From: Candidatus Bathyarchaeota archaeon
GTDB taxonomy: Archaea; Thermoproteota; Bathyarchaeia; Bathyarchaeales; Bathycorpusculaceae
DNA length: 64,000 bases
Direction of reading: 5' to 3'
Assembly: GCA_963720565.1 (NCBI GenBank)
Contig: CAVRFW010000009.1
Location: 224,001-288,000, forward strand
In this document: positions 1-11,695 of the stretch, piece after piece
Layout of the letters: each line of letters opens with the position of its first letter
Numbering within the stretch: the stretch's first letter is position 1
Made by a program: the position numbers and the translations under genes
The notes under the pieces: generated by a model
The model's input: the letters and a program-made list of their open reading frames with translations, nothing else
Told to the model about the DNA's origin: nothing
Database searches by the model: none

Positions 1-268
1 TTCGCTTCAACCTGTGTGGTTGATGCACTTCAAACACAAACACTATATCCGTCAAAGTGGTTTGCCTTGCAAATCATTATCAATAAAAACGTTTATTTCT
101 AGTTTGTCATCCTGAACTGTGCCAACTCGGTATGTGCATTGGAATTAAGACTGAAGAATTCCTTTGCATAATTCAGACTACATTTCTCCAAGATCTATGT
201 TGATTTTCGGTCGGAAAATTAATTAAGTCAGAGATGCTGATACACTCGAAAAACATAGGTGATTCTGA

Positions 269-1288
<1,020 letters not shown>

Positions 1289-1361
1289 AAACAAGCAACT
1301 AAAAACTTAAAAACAATTCCCAACTTTTCTTTTTTTCAACTTAACATGAGAGTGAGATAGC

Positions 1362-2594
1362 ATGGTGAAGTATCTAACCTTAGACGATGTCCAAGTAAAG
1401 AATAAAGTTGTCCTAGTAAGAGTTGACTTAAACTCAGAAATCGATCCAGAAACAAAAAAAGTAAACAGCGATGTGCGCATACGTGCACACGCAGAGACCA
1501 CGATTAAAGAACTAGCAGAAAAAGGCGCCAAAGTAGTTATCCTAGCACATCAAGGCCGAAAAGGCGACGCTGATTACACACCACTTAAACAACACGCTGA
1601 TATCCTAGGCAAAATCCTAAATTGCAAAGTCAAATACGTTGACGACGTCTACGGCGAAAAAGCAAAAAAAGCAATCAAGAAACTGCAGGGCGGCGAAATC
1701 CTCGTGTTAGAAAACGTGCGCTCATTCGATGGAGAAACAAAAAACGGCACCCCCGAACAGCAAGCTAAAACTGAACTTGTACAGAACCTTGCACCATTGG
1801 CTGATTTGTTTGTCAACGATGCTTTCGCTGCAGCCCATAGAGGTCACGCATCTATGGTGGGATTCACCGCCTTGCTGCCGAGCGTTGCCGGACGAATCAT
1901 GGAAAGTGAGCTCAAATCGCTAAGTAAAGCGTTAGAGAAGCCTGAGAAGCCTTGCGTTTATGTGATGGGCGGAGCTAAAGCAGATGACAGCCTTGAAATC
2001 AGCAAGTACGTGCTAAGCAATGGAATAGCAGACTATGTTATTGTCGGCGGCGTAACTGCACAACTATTCCTCGCAGCGAAGGGTATTAACTTAGGCAAGA
2101 GCAACATGGCCTTCCTAGCGAAGAAAGAACTGACTGGGCTGATTCCTGGAATTCAAGCATTGATGAAACAATATCCAGAAAAGGTTGTTGTACCTGTTGA
2201 TTTAGCGCTGGACGTAAATGGCAAGCGAAAAGAAATATCGGTTGCCCAATTCCCTACGGAATACTCTGTTTATGACATAGGAACCAAGACGGTTGAAAAA
2301 TATGCCAAACTCATTTCCAGTGCAAAATCGATAGTAGTTAGCGGTCCCATGGGCGTCTACGAAAACAAGGAGTTCAGTTACGGCACGCGAGGGGTCTTCG
2401 AAGCCATTGCTGCCTCGAAGGGTTTTTCGCTTGCCGGAGGCGGAAACACTATTGCTGCGATTCAGGAATATGGGCTATCAAAGAAGATAGGTTACATAAG
2501 CACGGCTGGTGGCGCACTAATCGAGTTTCTTATGGGTAAAAAATTGCCCGGTGTTGTAGCCCTAGAGAACGCTGTCAAGAACAAGAAAATCTAG
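1362..2594 (+). CDS. pgk: Phosphoglycerate kinase (archaeal type)
   Basis: RVDLN, LAHQGR, LENVR, NDAFAAAHR, GGAKADD, STAGGA motifs; follows gap. Confidence 0.97.
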   Translation: MVKYLTLDDVQVKNKVVLVRVDLNSEIDPETKKVNSDVRIRAHAETTIKELAEKGAKVVILAHQGRKGDADYTPLKQHADILGKILNCKVKYVDDVYGEKAKKAIKKLQGGEILVLENVRSFDGETKNGTPEQQAKTELVQNLAPLADLFVNDAFAAAHRGHASMVGFTALLPSVAGRIMESELKSLSKALEKPEKPCVYVMGGAKADDSLEISKYVLSNGIADYVIVGGVTAQLFLAAKGINLGKSNMAFLAKKELTGLIPGIQALMKQYPEKVVVPVDLALDVNGKRKEISVAQFPTEYSVYDIGTKTVEKYAKLISSAKSIVVSGPMGVYENKEFSYGTRGVFEAIAASKGFSLAGGGNTIAAIQEYGLSKKIGYISTAGGALIEFLMGKKLPGVVALENAVKNKKI

Positions 2595-2749
2595 AGTCTC
2601 CCCCACTCCTTTTTTATTTGTTTAAACGGGAACTATCTGAATTCTGAAAATCCCTTTTTGAGAAAAAAGTATTCTGTCAAATCGCCATAGAAAGAAACAA
2701 GCGGATTCCGATAAATTTTGGTTACGTATGTAAATATGGCTGCAATTGA

Positions 2750-2956
2750 CTAAGAGTGCCTTCTTTCGTTTTCCCTCATCTGCCTGAGCATTTGTCCGGC
2801 GATGCTTGCTAAGAAGATAATGCTAAAAACCAGTGCACCAATGCCTATTTTGTAGGCTAGTTCCATATCGGAATAAAGCACAGCGAAGATTAGCACCATC
2901 ATAAGTGCTATCGTAAAGACTTCTTGGATGCCATAGGTATTCGATTTGAAACTCAC
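2750..2956 (-). CDS. Small hypothetical membrane protein (two predicted TM helices)
   Basis: 68-aa ORF with two hydrophobic segments and a charged C-tail; fills an otherwise non-coding gap. Confidence 0.65.
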   Translation of the reverse strand: MSFKSNTYGIQEVFTIALMMVLIFAVLYSDMELAYKIGIGALVFSIIFLASIAGQMLRQMRENERRHS

Positions 2957-3235
2957 TTCTTATCCAGCCATTTTAGAGATTTTCCACAGCGACACTTATT
3001 AGCGTTCTCTTTTGCTGTTGTGCCAACTATAGATACGCAGCACACTGAAGAAGAGATTTTTGTTTGTTGAAAACCAAAAAGCGTCTGCTGGTGTTGCCTC
3101 GTCAGCGCCCGAGGTGGCGATGTCTTCCCGTTTAAATTCCTTTAGAAAATGGCTTAAGTTAAGCTTTTATAAGAACGCATATGAGTTGTTAGATGAGAAA
3201 AATGGCGTACTTCCTAGGGTGAGGGCGCAAAACTA

Positions 3236-6200
3236 ATGCCCTATATTAAGAAAATCGAACTCAAAGGCTTCAAGTCCTTCGGGCCTCAGACAGTTAAGGT
3301 AGTTCTAGATAGAGGTTTCACGGCAATTACGGGGCCTAACGGGAGCGGGAAAACCAACATAATGGATGCCTGCTTGTTCTCTTTGGGAGAGCTGAGCACG
3401 AGAAGAATGCGCGCTGAAAACGCTGCAAAACTTATCTTCCATGGTTCTGAAAAAGCAGGTCTCGAAAAGGCAAAGATGGCTAAGGTTATCATTCAATTCG
3501 ACAATTCCGATGGGACAATGCCTATTGACACAGTCACTGTGACCGTTTCGCGCGAAGTCTACAGAAACGGCCAAAGTGTTTACAGGTTGAACGGTAGGAG
3601 AATTTCGCGAGGGCATATTCTTGAAATTCTGTCAATGGCAGCAATAAGCAGCGCTAGTCAAAACATAATCCCTCAGGGTACGATAACACGCTTGACCGAC
3701 GTTAATCCTATGGAGCGCAGAAAAATTATTGAAGACTTGGTTGGAATTGCACAGTACGATGCTGAGAAAATTGAGGCAGAAGAAAAACTGCGTGCAGCAG
3801 ACATTTCAATTCGAACAGCTATGGGAAGAATCGACGAAGTGCAAAAAAGGTTGGACGACCTCGAGCGCGAGCGAAACCAACTTCTAAGATACAGTTTCAT
3901 TCAGGACGAAATTAAAAAGTTTGAAGCTGTGAAAATCTCGCATGAAGTCTTCCAACTAAGCAAACAAGTTGAAGAAAAACAGTCTCAAATAGACAAGATT
4001 CGCGGCAAAGTTGAGCGATTCAGAGAGCTTCGCGACGCGCGGCGGTCAAAAAGACGTGAAATTGAAGGCGACTGGCGGCAACTCAGTTCAGAAATCGTTG
4101 AAGGTGGTGGCTCGCAGGTCCTTAAAGTACAGATCAGAATAGGTGAACTGAAATCGAGACTAACGGAGCTAACTACAAAAATAAGCTCTGGGCAAGCAAG
4201 TTCCGAAAGCCTACGTCGCATAGGAGAAAACAACCGAGAACAGCACCAGTCCATCCAAAAAGAGATTCATGAAAATCGCTTGAAAATAAGATCATATAAA
4301 AACGAACACGAAAAGCTCCAAGCTCAAATTAGCACAAAAGAAGCTGAGCATGAAGCTCTCGCGCAGGAAACTGCCCAACTCTGGGGTGGATTGGGAGAAA
4401 ACAGCCACAAAATACGCGCTGTTGAAATGCAAATTGAAAGCCACCTTAAGCGTCTTGCCTTTCTGAGGTCAGAGTACACGAATGACAAGACAGCTCTCCG
4501 ACAAAACTGTGGAAGGCTCAAGAACCTGAATGTCAGAAATGAAAGGTTCAATTCGAATCTGGCTGAGATCGAAACTTCACTTATCGAACTTGACAAAGTA
4601 CAGAAGGATCAAAAAACCCAACTGAAGAATCTGGAATACACCATAGAGAGAAAGACCGGACAGAAAGAAACAGTAGGCAAGGAAATCGCAGACGCGGGAA
4701 GAATCGCCAATTCCGCCAAAGAGGCGGTGATCGAGTTCGCAACTCAAAGAGACTTGGCTGAGACTGTAGCGGCAGAGGAAAAGGCTCTCAGAAGCATAGA
4801 AGAAATGGGTGAGGTCGGCGCAATCTCCGGAGTCTTAGGTCGACTTCGTAACCTTATCAGAATAGACAAGAATTACAAGAAAGCTATTGAAGCTGCTGCC
4901 ATCGGATGGCTTGATGCACTTGTAGTAAAGGACATTGACTCAGCTTTCATGTGTAGCGAAACACTTAAGCGAATGAAACTCGGCAGAATCAAGATCATTC
5001 CTCTCCAAGGAACCAGCACCTCTAAAACCACAAAAATCCCAGACAGGGGGGGTGTGATTGGTCCTCTCTCTGCATTCATGAAGTTTGACAAAAACAATGA
5101 ACCTGCCGTTAACTACGTTTTCGGGGACACCATAGTGGTTTCAGATGACAAAATTGCCTTCTCTCTCTCAAACAGCGGTTACCGTGCAGTTACAATAAGC
5201 GGTGACTTGTACGAACCCGGTGCTTTTGAAAGCGGCTACTACCGTGCGCCTCTTGATTTTTCAACAATAATTCCCAGTGAAACAGCCATAAAAAGCTTGG
5301 ATGAAGCTGTCGGCGCCCTTCAACTGCATCTTTCACAAAGAGGCAACGACATATCGTCTTTTGAAGAAGAAATCGAAAATGCCAAGATTGAGATGACTCG
5401 TCTGTCAGAATCCATCGCTACCCTAGACAGAGAAATCGTGAGGGTGAAGCGAAGCGTCAAACGAACACGATTCAACGTTAGACATGTGGAAAAGACAAGC
5501 GCAAAATTAGACAGAGAGATTGCAGCCTACAAAGGCCGCATGGGAATGTACAAGTCGGAACGAAACTCGATCAAGAAAACGCTGTTGAGATTGCAGACTG
5601 AATTAGCAACTTTGAGGAAGAAAACTGATCTCGCACATATTCAGGAATTGGAGGTAAACCGAGAGAGAATAGCTGAGGAGATTATTTCTCTCAGGCAGAA
5701 CTTGGGTACAGTTCAAACTGAAATTTCCACTCGGCAATCTCAATTTGACAACGTGCTGCGTGTTGGATACCTGAACTCCAAGATTCAGGTTTCAAAGGTT
5801 GAACAGCAGCAAAGAAAATTGGAAAAGGAAGTGGCAGAAGCTCTGCAAGAACGCGAATCTCTCAAACAAGAATTATCCGAGTTAGACAAGAATCGCATTG
5901 AGCTCTCGAATGCAGTTTTCTCTGCAAGAGAAGAAGCCAAAAAATTCACTACGCAAATAGACGCTATTGACACAGAGCTTCGATTGCTAGATGCGGAATA
6001 CGAGCAGGCTGATCTCCTTCTAAATCAGCTTCAACTAGGCGTACAGACTTCTCAATTGCGGCTTCAGCAGCATCAGAATCAACTCCGGCAATCTGGATAT
6101 GAACAACCTCTGGAGACAACTGAGAAGCAAGTCGAGGAGGCTGAAACGTCAATGCGGATGATGCATTTTGAGCTTGAACGCGTTGGCGCAGTAAACCAGC

Positions 6201-6784
6201 TCGCCCTATCGCATTATGCTGAGCAGATTTCAAGGTATAGAGAGTTATCCTTGCGTTTGAATGAACTTGAAAGAGAAAAACAAGCCATAGTTCAGTTTAT
6301 GGACCAAATCGATAGCAAAAAACGCAAAGTCTTTATGAGCGCATTTGAAAAGATTAACGCGAACCTGCAGTCTTATTTCTCAAAGCTGACTGGTGGTGGA
6401 ACTGCATTTCTGCAACTTGAGAACCCGGATGAACCTTTCCAAGGCGGCATCGACATGATTGTACAATTTCCTAACAAGCCCAGCATTGTTGTCAGTGGTG
6501 CGAGCGGTGGGGAGCGGTCAGTTTCGGCGGTTGCTTTCATCTTCGCGTTGAAGGACTTTTCACCTTCCTCATTCTATATACTCGACGAGGTCGACGCCCA
6601 CCTAGATGCTTTTCATGTTTCAAAACTTGCTGAAGTGCTACTTGAAGAGGCTGGAAAAACCCAGTTCATAGTAATTACCTTAAAGCCTGAAATGGTAAAC
6701 AAAGCTCAAAAAGTCTACGGCGTATATGAACGCAATGGCGTTTCAAGTGTTATTTCTGCAAAGTTTCTGGAGGCGGCCAGTTAA
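3236..6784 (+). CDS. smc: Chromosome segregation protein SMC
   Basis: GFKSF, Walker A GPNGSGKTN, long coiled coils, hinge region, signature SGGERS, Walker B/D-loop LDEVDAHLD. Confidence 0.97.
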   Translation: MPYIKKIELKGFKSFGPQTVKVVLDRGFTAITGPNGSGKTNIMDACLFSLGELSTRRMRAENAAKLIFHGSEKAGLEKAKMAKVIIQFDNSDGTMPIDTVTVTVSREVYRNGQSVYRLNGRRISRGHILEILSMAAISSASQNIIPQGTITRLTDVNPMERRKIIEDLVGIAQYDAEKIEAEEKLRAADISIRTAMGRIDEVQKRLDDLERERNQLLRYSFIQDEIKKFEAVKISHEVFQLSKQVEEKQSQIDKIRGKVERFRELRDARRSKRREIEGDWRQLSSEIVEGGGSQVLKVQIRIGELKSRLTELTTKISSGQASSESLRRIGENNREQHQSIQKEIHENRLKIRSYKNEHEKLQAQISTKEAEHEALAQETAQLWGGLGENSHKIRAVEMQIESHLKRLAFLRSEYTNDKTALRQNCGRLKNLNVRNERFNSNLAEIETSLIELDKVQKDQKTQLKNLEYTIERKTGQKETVGKEIADAGRIANSAKEAVIEFATQRDLAETVAAEEKALRSIEEMGEVGAISGVLGRLRNLIRIDKNYKKAIEAAAIGWLDALVVKDIDSAFMCSETLKRMKLGRIKIIPLQGTSTSKTTKIPDRGGVIGPLSAFMKFDKNNEPAVNYVFGDTIVVSDDKIAFSLSNSGYRAVTISGDLYEPGAFESGYYRAPLDFSTIIPSETAIKSLDEAVGALQLHLSQRGNDISSFEEEIENAKIEMTRLSESIATLDREIVRVKRSVKRTRFNVRHVEKTSAKLDREIAAYKGRMGMYKSERNSIKKTLLRLQTELATLRKKTDLAHIQELEVNRERIAEEIISLRQNLGTVQTEISTRQSQFDNVLRVGYLNSKIQVSKVEQQQRKLEKEVAEALQERESLKQELSELDKNRIELSNAVFSAREEAKKFTTQIDAIDTELRLLDAEYEQADLLLNQLQLGVQTSQLRLQQHQNQLRQSGYEQPLETTEKQVEEAETSMRMMHFELERVGAVNQLALSHYAEQISRYRELSLRLNELEREKQAIVQFMDQIDSKKRKVFMSAFEKINANLQSYFSKLTGGGTAFLQLENPDEPFQGGIDMIVQFPNKPSIVVSGASGGERSVSAVAFIFALKDFSPSSFYILDEVDAHLDAFHVSKLAEVLLEEAGKTQFIVITLKPEMVNKAQKVYGVYERNGVSSVISAKFLEAAS

Positions 6785-7483
6785 GTGGCAGCACCAATCA
6801 AGAAGCCTTTCTACTTGCGACCTCCATGGAACATCCTCTTTGAATTGAGCAAACTTGACAAACTCACACCGTGGAACGTCAATATTGCCTACTTGCTCCG
6901 ATCTTTTCTTTCAGAAATGGAAAGAATGGGACAAGTGGATTTCCGAGCTTCAGGCGTAGCTTTGGATTCTTCGGCATTAATCTACCTGATGAAGTCCAAA
7001 TTGCTGCTCACTCTTCAAGAGCCGCCTGTTCAGCCTAAAGCGCCGCAAGATTTTGTTCCCCCGCCTTTGTTTTTACCGCTTAGGCAGGAATTAACCTCGA
7101 CAACTATTCAAAACCTACTAGAAGTGCTGGATGAAGTGTTGAAAGGCGAGCACATGTTACATTTGGATAAGGTGGTTGCCCAACCCGTTCTGCCAGCAGT
7201 GTCCGACATTCTGCCTCAGTTTGAGATGTTCTTGGCTGAGATTGAAATGCAGATGGACAAGCTGTATCAAGTCCTCTGCGACAAAGTTAAAGGCGCTGGA
7301 ATAATCGAGTTTTCAAGCTTGACAAAAGGCATCGCCAAGATAGAAGCAATCCGCACGTTTATCCTGCTCCTTTTTCTAGCCCAGGATGGAAAGGTGGGTT
7401 TGTGGCAGGATGAAGAGACTGAAGAATTATACATAGCTGTGGGGAATTTGAACGTCGTCAAAAATGAAAAACCCGTTAGCTGA
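6785..7483 (+). CDS. scpA: Segregation/condensation protein A (kleisin)
   Basis: PWNVNI and C-terminal TFILLLFLA..G.V.L.Q kleisin winged-helix motif; directly after smc. Confidence 0.9.
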   Translation: MAAPIKKPFYLRPPWNILFELSKLDKLTPWNVNIAYLLRSFLSEMERMGQVDFRASGVALDSSALIYLMKSKLLLTLQEPPVQPKAPQDFVPPPLFLPLRQELTSTTIQNLLEVLDEVLKGEHMLHLDKVVAQPVLPAVSDILPQFEMFLAEIEMQMDKLYQVLCDKVKGAGIIEFSSLTKGIAKIEAIRTFILLLFLAQDGKVGLWQDEETEELYIAVGNLNVVKNEKPVS

Positions 7484-8051
7484 CCCAGGCGCTGAGGTTC
7501 CTCCTACGATTGACGAGAAAACCCAGGGATACCTGAGGCTGTTAGAGGCTGCCTTATACGTTTCGGGTCGTCCCTTGGATCTCAATGAGTTATGTTCAGT
7601 CTTAAGTACTCGGTCTAAGAAGAAAGCAAAGAAACTCACTGACGCGCTCAAACAAGAGTATTCCTCACGAAGCACCGCACTTGAGATACTAGAACTGAAG
7701 GACGAACGCTACGTTCTCCAGCTCAAAGCTGATTTTACACCACTCGTCAGGAAATTCGTCAACAGACCCCTTTTATCTTCTGGCCCATTGAAGACTCTTT
7801 CTTACATCGCTTATAGACAGCCAATTTCGCAAAAAAGAGTGATTGAAGTTCGAGGGCAACACGCATATGGTCACGTGAAACTTCTAAAAGACATGGGGCT
7901 AATAACAGCAGAAAGAAGCGGGCGTTCCATGGCACTTAAAACAACTGACTATTTTGCAGACTACTTCGCGTTAACACATGACACCCCAACCATGAAGAAA
8001 GAGTTGAAGCGCATTTTCGGTGAGGCATTCAAGGAAGACGGCCAAACCTAA
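7464..8051 (+). CDS. scpB: Segregation/condensation protein B
   Basis: LEAALYVSGRPL, LKTLSYIAYRQPI, TT..F..YF motifs; operon with smc/scpA. Confidence 0.95.
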   Translation: MKNPLADPGAEVPPTIDEKTQGYLRLLEAALYVSGRPLDLNELCSVLSTRSKKKAKKLTDALKQEYSSRSTALEILELKDERYVLQLKADFTPLVRKFVNRPLLSSGPLKTLSYIAYRQPISQKRVIEVRGQHAYGHVKLLKDMGLITAERSGRSMALKTTDYFADYFALTHDTPTMKKELKRIFGEAFKEDGQT

Positions 8052-8125
8052 AACGGATATGTTTATATGATGAAATAACGGTTGTAGTGAACACTCGAAC
8101 TAATTGACTAAAAAGGGAAATTGAA

Positions 8126-8524
8126 ATGTCAGTTTGGCACGGCAGCATGCGCAAAAGAAAACTAACGGGCGGCAGAAAAAGAGCTCACAGAGTCAAAAGG
8201 AAATATGAGAAAGGCTCCTTCCCAGCAGAGACAATTCTTGGAGAACCGAAACGGAGAAGTACAAAAGTTCAAGGCGGAAAAACCAAAACAAGGGCATTAA
8301 GCGACAAATATGCGTCTGTCACTGACCCGAAAACAGGCAAAACCGAAAAAACCGAGATTCAGCGTGTCGTCAAAAACAGGGCGAATGTCGACTACAATCG
8401 AAGAGGCGTAATTACCAAGGGAGCGGAAATAGCAACCTCACTTGGACTGGCTCGTGTTACGTCGCGTCCTGGAGGCGACGGCGTCATAAACGCTGTGCTC
8501 ATAGGCAAAGAAGAAAAAAGCTAA
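8126..8524 (+). CDS. rps8e: 30S ribosomal protein S8e
   Basis: RKLTGG, KRKYE, RRGVITKGA, VTSRPG..G..NAVL motifs. Confidence 0.97.
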   Translation: MSVWHGSMRKRKLTGGRKRAHRVKRKYEKGSFPAETILGEPKRRSTKVQGGKTKTRALSDKYASVTDPKTGKTEKTEIQRVVKNRANVDYNRRGVITKGAEIATSLGLARVTSRPGGDGVINAVLIGKEEKS

Positions 8525-8526
8525 CT

Positions 8527-8829
8527 TCAATTCAGTTTTTGAGGCTCGCTTCGCATCTTCAACAACTGCTTGGCAATACTCTTCAATATCTGCTCTTTCG
8601 ACACTTTCTTTTCAACGAGTAGCATTCCCGTCTTAAGCCAAGGATTCTTAGGATAACCAACTTCCAGAACAATTTCGTGTTTTAAGCCAAGCTTTGAAGC
8701 AGCTTCCTGAATTTCCAAACTCTTCGGGGACTGCACCGCCATATTCTTCGATACTCTGCGTCCTTCATTTCTTGTTCTAGCTATGTCAAAGTATGCTGGC
8801 CAGATAATTGCTTTGTCTTGTTTACGCAT
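8527..8829 (-). CDS. srp19: Signal recognition particle 19 kDa protein
   Basis: IIWPAYFD...R.EGRRV...AV..P and YPKNPW motifs. Confidence 0.95.
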   Translation of the reverse strand: MRKQDKAIIWPAYFDIARTRNEGRRVSKNMAVQSPKSLEIQEAASKLGLKHEIVLEVGYPKNPWLKTGMLLVEKKVSKEQILKSIAKQLLKMRSEPQKLN

Positions 8830-8846
8830 GTAAGTTTTTCACCTTG

Positions 8847-10598
8847 CTATTTGTGGGTGTAGTATGCTGTAATTTTCGAGGAGACCTCACTTAGACACAC
8901 AAACCCGAAGCGTTCAAACTGTATTACAGTGTTCGGTTTTAACTTTTTGCAGGCACTCTCGGCAAATCCTTCATTTATTGTCGCATCAGGCATTGTGACT
9001 CGGCAGGGTACTTCTTGTCCTTCTGGGATCCAATGAATGAGTTTGGCTTTGGTTTTTCTTGCTTCTTCATAAGATTCACTAATAAAAACTGCATCTGTTG
9101 ACTTAGCTTTTCTGTTTTCGATTTTCACGTTGAAAAGCTCCATGCACCTAATCACGGTTCCAGCATCGACGTCAGCATCTTTCTTTGCTATCCATAGAGT
9201 AATGGTGTTGTCTTCTCCTTCGGGTGTTATGATGTATTGTCTGAATCCTTTTTCCGGTTTTTCTGGATGCAATGGAAGTTGAGTGTTGAAGGCTCGGCTG
9301 ACATGTTTAACCTTCAGCGCGACAGGGTCTAGGACGAAAAAGTATCTATCACTTGTCGGGTCTAGGATTTTGCGGTTATAAGCATAGAGATTTTCCCAAC
9401 TTAGGGTAACATCTTGCGGTTTGGGTCCAACATCAATTATCATCTTCTTGACAGCTTCAGATGTTATTCCGCGCTTTTTCAGAGCGAGGAAGGTTGCCAG
9501 ACGCGGATCGTCCCATCCTTTGTATAAGCCTTCCTTAATCCCCTGAACAATCTTAGACTTGCTAAGATATGCACCGGTTATTTGTAGTCTGCCGTAATGT
9601 ATAGCTTCGGGATATTTCCAGCCCAAATGCTTGTACATGTATTCCTGTCTGACTTTGTTGGTCAGGTGCTCTTTGCCGCGGATAACATGTGTAATTCCCA
9701 TTAGGTGGTCATCTAAACCAGCAGCCAAATTGTAAAGAGGCCAAACGCGATACTTGCTGCCTGCTCTCGGGTGCGGGAATTTTTCCGTGTCTATAATTCT
9801 CAGGGCTGGCCAGTCTCTCACGGCGGGGTTCGGATGTTCTAAGTCGGTTTTAACTCGGACCACGGCTTCCCCTTCCCCGTAACCCCCGTTAAGCATTTGT
9901 TTCCATCTCCCAATGTGCTCTTCTGGCAACAGATTGCGACAGTTGCATGGTTTGCCGGCTAATGTGCTCTCTCTGAACTCTTCAGAGACGCAGGTACAAA
10001 CATAGGCGTTGCCATCCAGCAAGAGTCGTTCGGTGTACTCGTAGTATATGGGCAACCGGTCACTCTGAATATATTCTTCATCAACTCTACATCCTAGCCA
10101 AGCCAAGTCTTCCCTGATTTTATCGTAAAATTCCAGCACAGGCTTTTTGACTTTGGGATCGGTGTCCTCAAAACGCAGTATGAATTTGCCCTTGTAAATG
10201 CGTGCATATTCGTGACTTAATATTATGGCTCTGGCTGAACCTAGGTGCAGTACGCAGTCCGGGTTTGGAGAAAAACGTGTAACAATCAACTCGTATTTAT
10301 CGGCGTTGGGCAACGGTGGAAGCCGCTTTTCTTCCTCAACCTTGTCCTTCTTTAAAGTTTCAGGCCATTCCTTCTCGACAATGGTTTTTTGTTCTTCGAC
10401 AGAAAGACTATTTACTTCGCAAACTACCTCACTTGTTAGGGTCGAAAGCTCTTTTACCTTAGTTTTTAGCTCCTTTCTTTCACCTATTATTTTTCCGATG
10501 AGTGCGCCAGCCTGAGCCTTTCCACCATGTTGTACTGCATTTAGCAGAGCACTCTTTCTAACAAGTTGCCTAAGTTCACTGTCATTCTCAAGTTTCAA
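8847..10598 (-). CDS. gltX: Glutamate--tRNA ligase (archaeal type)
   Basis: TRFSPNP..LHLG (HIGH-like), RFEDTDP, LSKS (KMSKS-like), WDDPRL, QFERFGF. Confidence 0.97.
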   Translation of the reverse strand: MKLENDSELRQLVRKSALLNAVQHGGKAQAGALIGKIIGERKELKTKVKELSTLTSEVVCEVNSLSVEEQKTIVEKEWPETLKKDKVEEEKRLPPLPNADKYELIVTRFSPNPDCVLHLGSARAIILSHEYARIYKGKFILRFEDTDPKVKKPVLEFYDKIREDLAWLGCRVDEEYIQSDRLPIYYEYTERLLLDGNAYVCTCVSEEFRESTLAGKPCNCRNLLPEEHIGRWKQMLNGGYGEGEAVVRVKTDLEHPNPAVRDWPALRIIDTEKFPHPRAGSKYRVWPLYNLAAGLDDHLMGITHVIRGKEHLTNKVRQEYMYKHLGWKYPEAIHYGRLQITGAYLSKSKIVQGIKEGLYKGWDDPRLATFLALKKRGITSEAVKKMIIDVGPKPQDVTLSWENLYAYNRKILDPTSDRYFFVLDPVALKVKHVSRAFNTQLPLHPEKPEKGFRQYIITPEGEDNTITLWIAKKDADVDAGTVIRCMELFNVKIENRKAKSTDAVFISESYEEARKTKAKLIHWIPEGQEVPCRVTMPDATINEGFAESACKKLKPNTVIQFERFGFVCLSEVSSKITAYYTHK

Positions 10599-10620
10599 GG
10601 GAGTTACGCTCTCTTAATGA

Positions 10621-11691
10621 TTAAGCATTCCTTCTAATCAAGAATTCTGCGAATGCTTTTAGTTTTTCCTTAGCCTGTAGAGTAGGCAGGAGTCTTTCAA
10701 CACTCCTCCAGCTTTCTTCAACCATCTTATCAGCAGTTTTCCTGACATATTCTATTGCACCATATTTTTGCATTATCGCGATTGCCTCATCCCGCAACAC
10801 TTGATCGGGAGTATGCATATTCAGAATCTGAACGAGCCTCTTCCTGTCCACAACGTTTGCCTTTTTCAACGTGTGAATGACCATCAACGTTCGTTTGCCT
10901 TCAGTAATGTCCTGTCCAACACCGCCCTTCTTAGTGGCAAATTCTTTCCCCGTTAAGTCCAATATGTCATCCTGCATCTGAAATGCAACGCCAATACTTT
11001 CGGCGAAACGCCCCAGTCTTTCAACTAAACTGGTGTTTGCACCCGCAAAAACAGCCGCGAGTCTAGCTGCCATCCTTGCTAAAGTTCCCGTTTTGTACGC
11101 ACACATCTGCAAATAGTCTTGTTCCCTTAGTTTGTTTGCATCGGCTAAGCCTTTATGCCATGCAATATCCATAGCTTGACCCATGCTGAGATTTATCATC
11201 TCCTGCACGTAAACTTCATAGATGTCGCGGACCATTTCCGGAGGCATTCGCTCTTTCTTCTCCATAAGGGGCAGGAGAGGTAGGTAGTACATGGCGTTTC
11301 CAGCATTGACTGCCATGTCCAAGCCAAAAAGCTTGTAGGTGCACGGTTTTCCTCTTCGAAGCTGGGACCCGTCCTCTATGTCGTCGATAATCAGTGTGCC
11401 ATTGTGAACAACTTCTGGTATTATAGCAAAATCCACGAAGTCTTCAAAGTTTTTTCCCAGAGCCTCACAGATAATGAGGAAGAGAGCCGGGCGCCATCTT
11501 TTTCCTCCCCGATCTAGAATCTCCCAAATCGGCTCGGCAATCGCCTTGGTCAATGTTTCCACGTTGAAACCGTAATTCGGCGGACTGACTTTGAACAGAA
11601 TGGATTTCTCAGTGAACTCTCTAGGAATATACTTTTCAATGGCTTTGTCTATGAGGGGAGCTTTTTCTTCAAGAAATTCTGCAACATTCAA
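10621..11691 (-). CDS. Polyprenyl (geranylgeranyl) diphosphate synthase
   Basis: GGKRWRP, first Asp-rich motif DDIED..RRG, KTG, second motif QDDILD; probable TTG start at 11691 just after the fni stop. Confidence 0.93.
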   Translation of the reverse strand: MNVAEFLEEKAPLIDKAIEKYIPREFTEKSILFKVSPPNYGFNVETLTKAIAEPIWEILDRGGKRWRPALFLIICEALGKNFEDFVDFAIIPEVVHNGTLIIDDIEDGSQLRRGKPCTYKLFGLDMAVNAGNAMYYLPLLPLMEKKERMPPEMVRDIYEVYVQEMINLSMGQAMDIAWHKGLADANKLREQDYLQMCAYKTGTLARMAARLAAVFAGANTSLVERLGRFAESIGVAFQMQDDILDLTGKEFATKKGGVGQDITEGKRTLMVIHTLKKANVVDRKRLVQILNMHTPDQVLRDEAIAIMQKYGAIEYVRKTADKMVEESWRSVERLLPTLQAKEKLKAFAEFLIRRNA

Positions 11692-11695
11692 TCCC

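Noticed and set aside
3091..3120. GC-rich hairpin upstream of smc
   Set aside because: Depends on several G-U pairs, single occurrence, no further support
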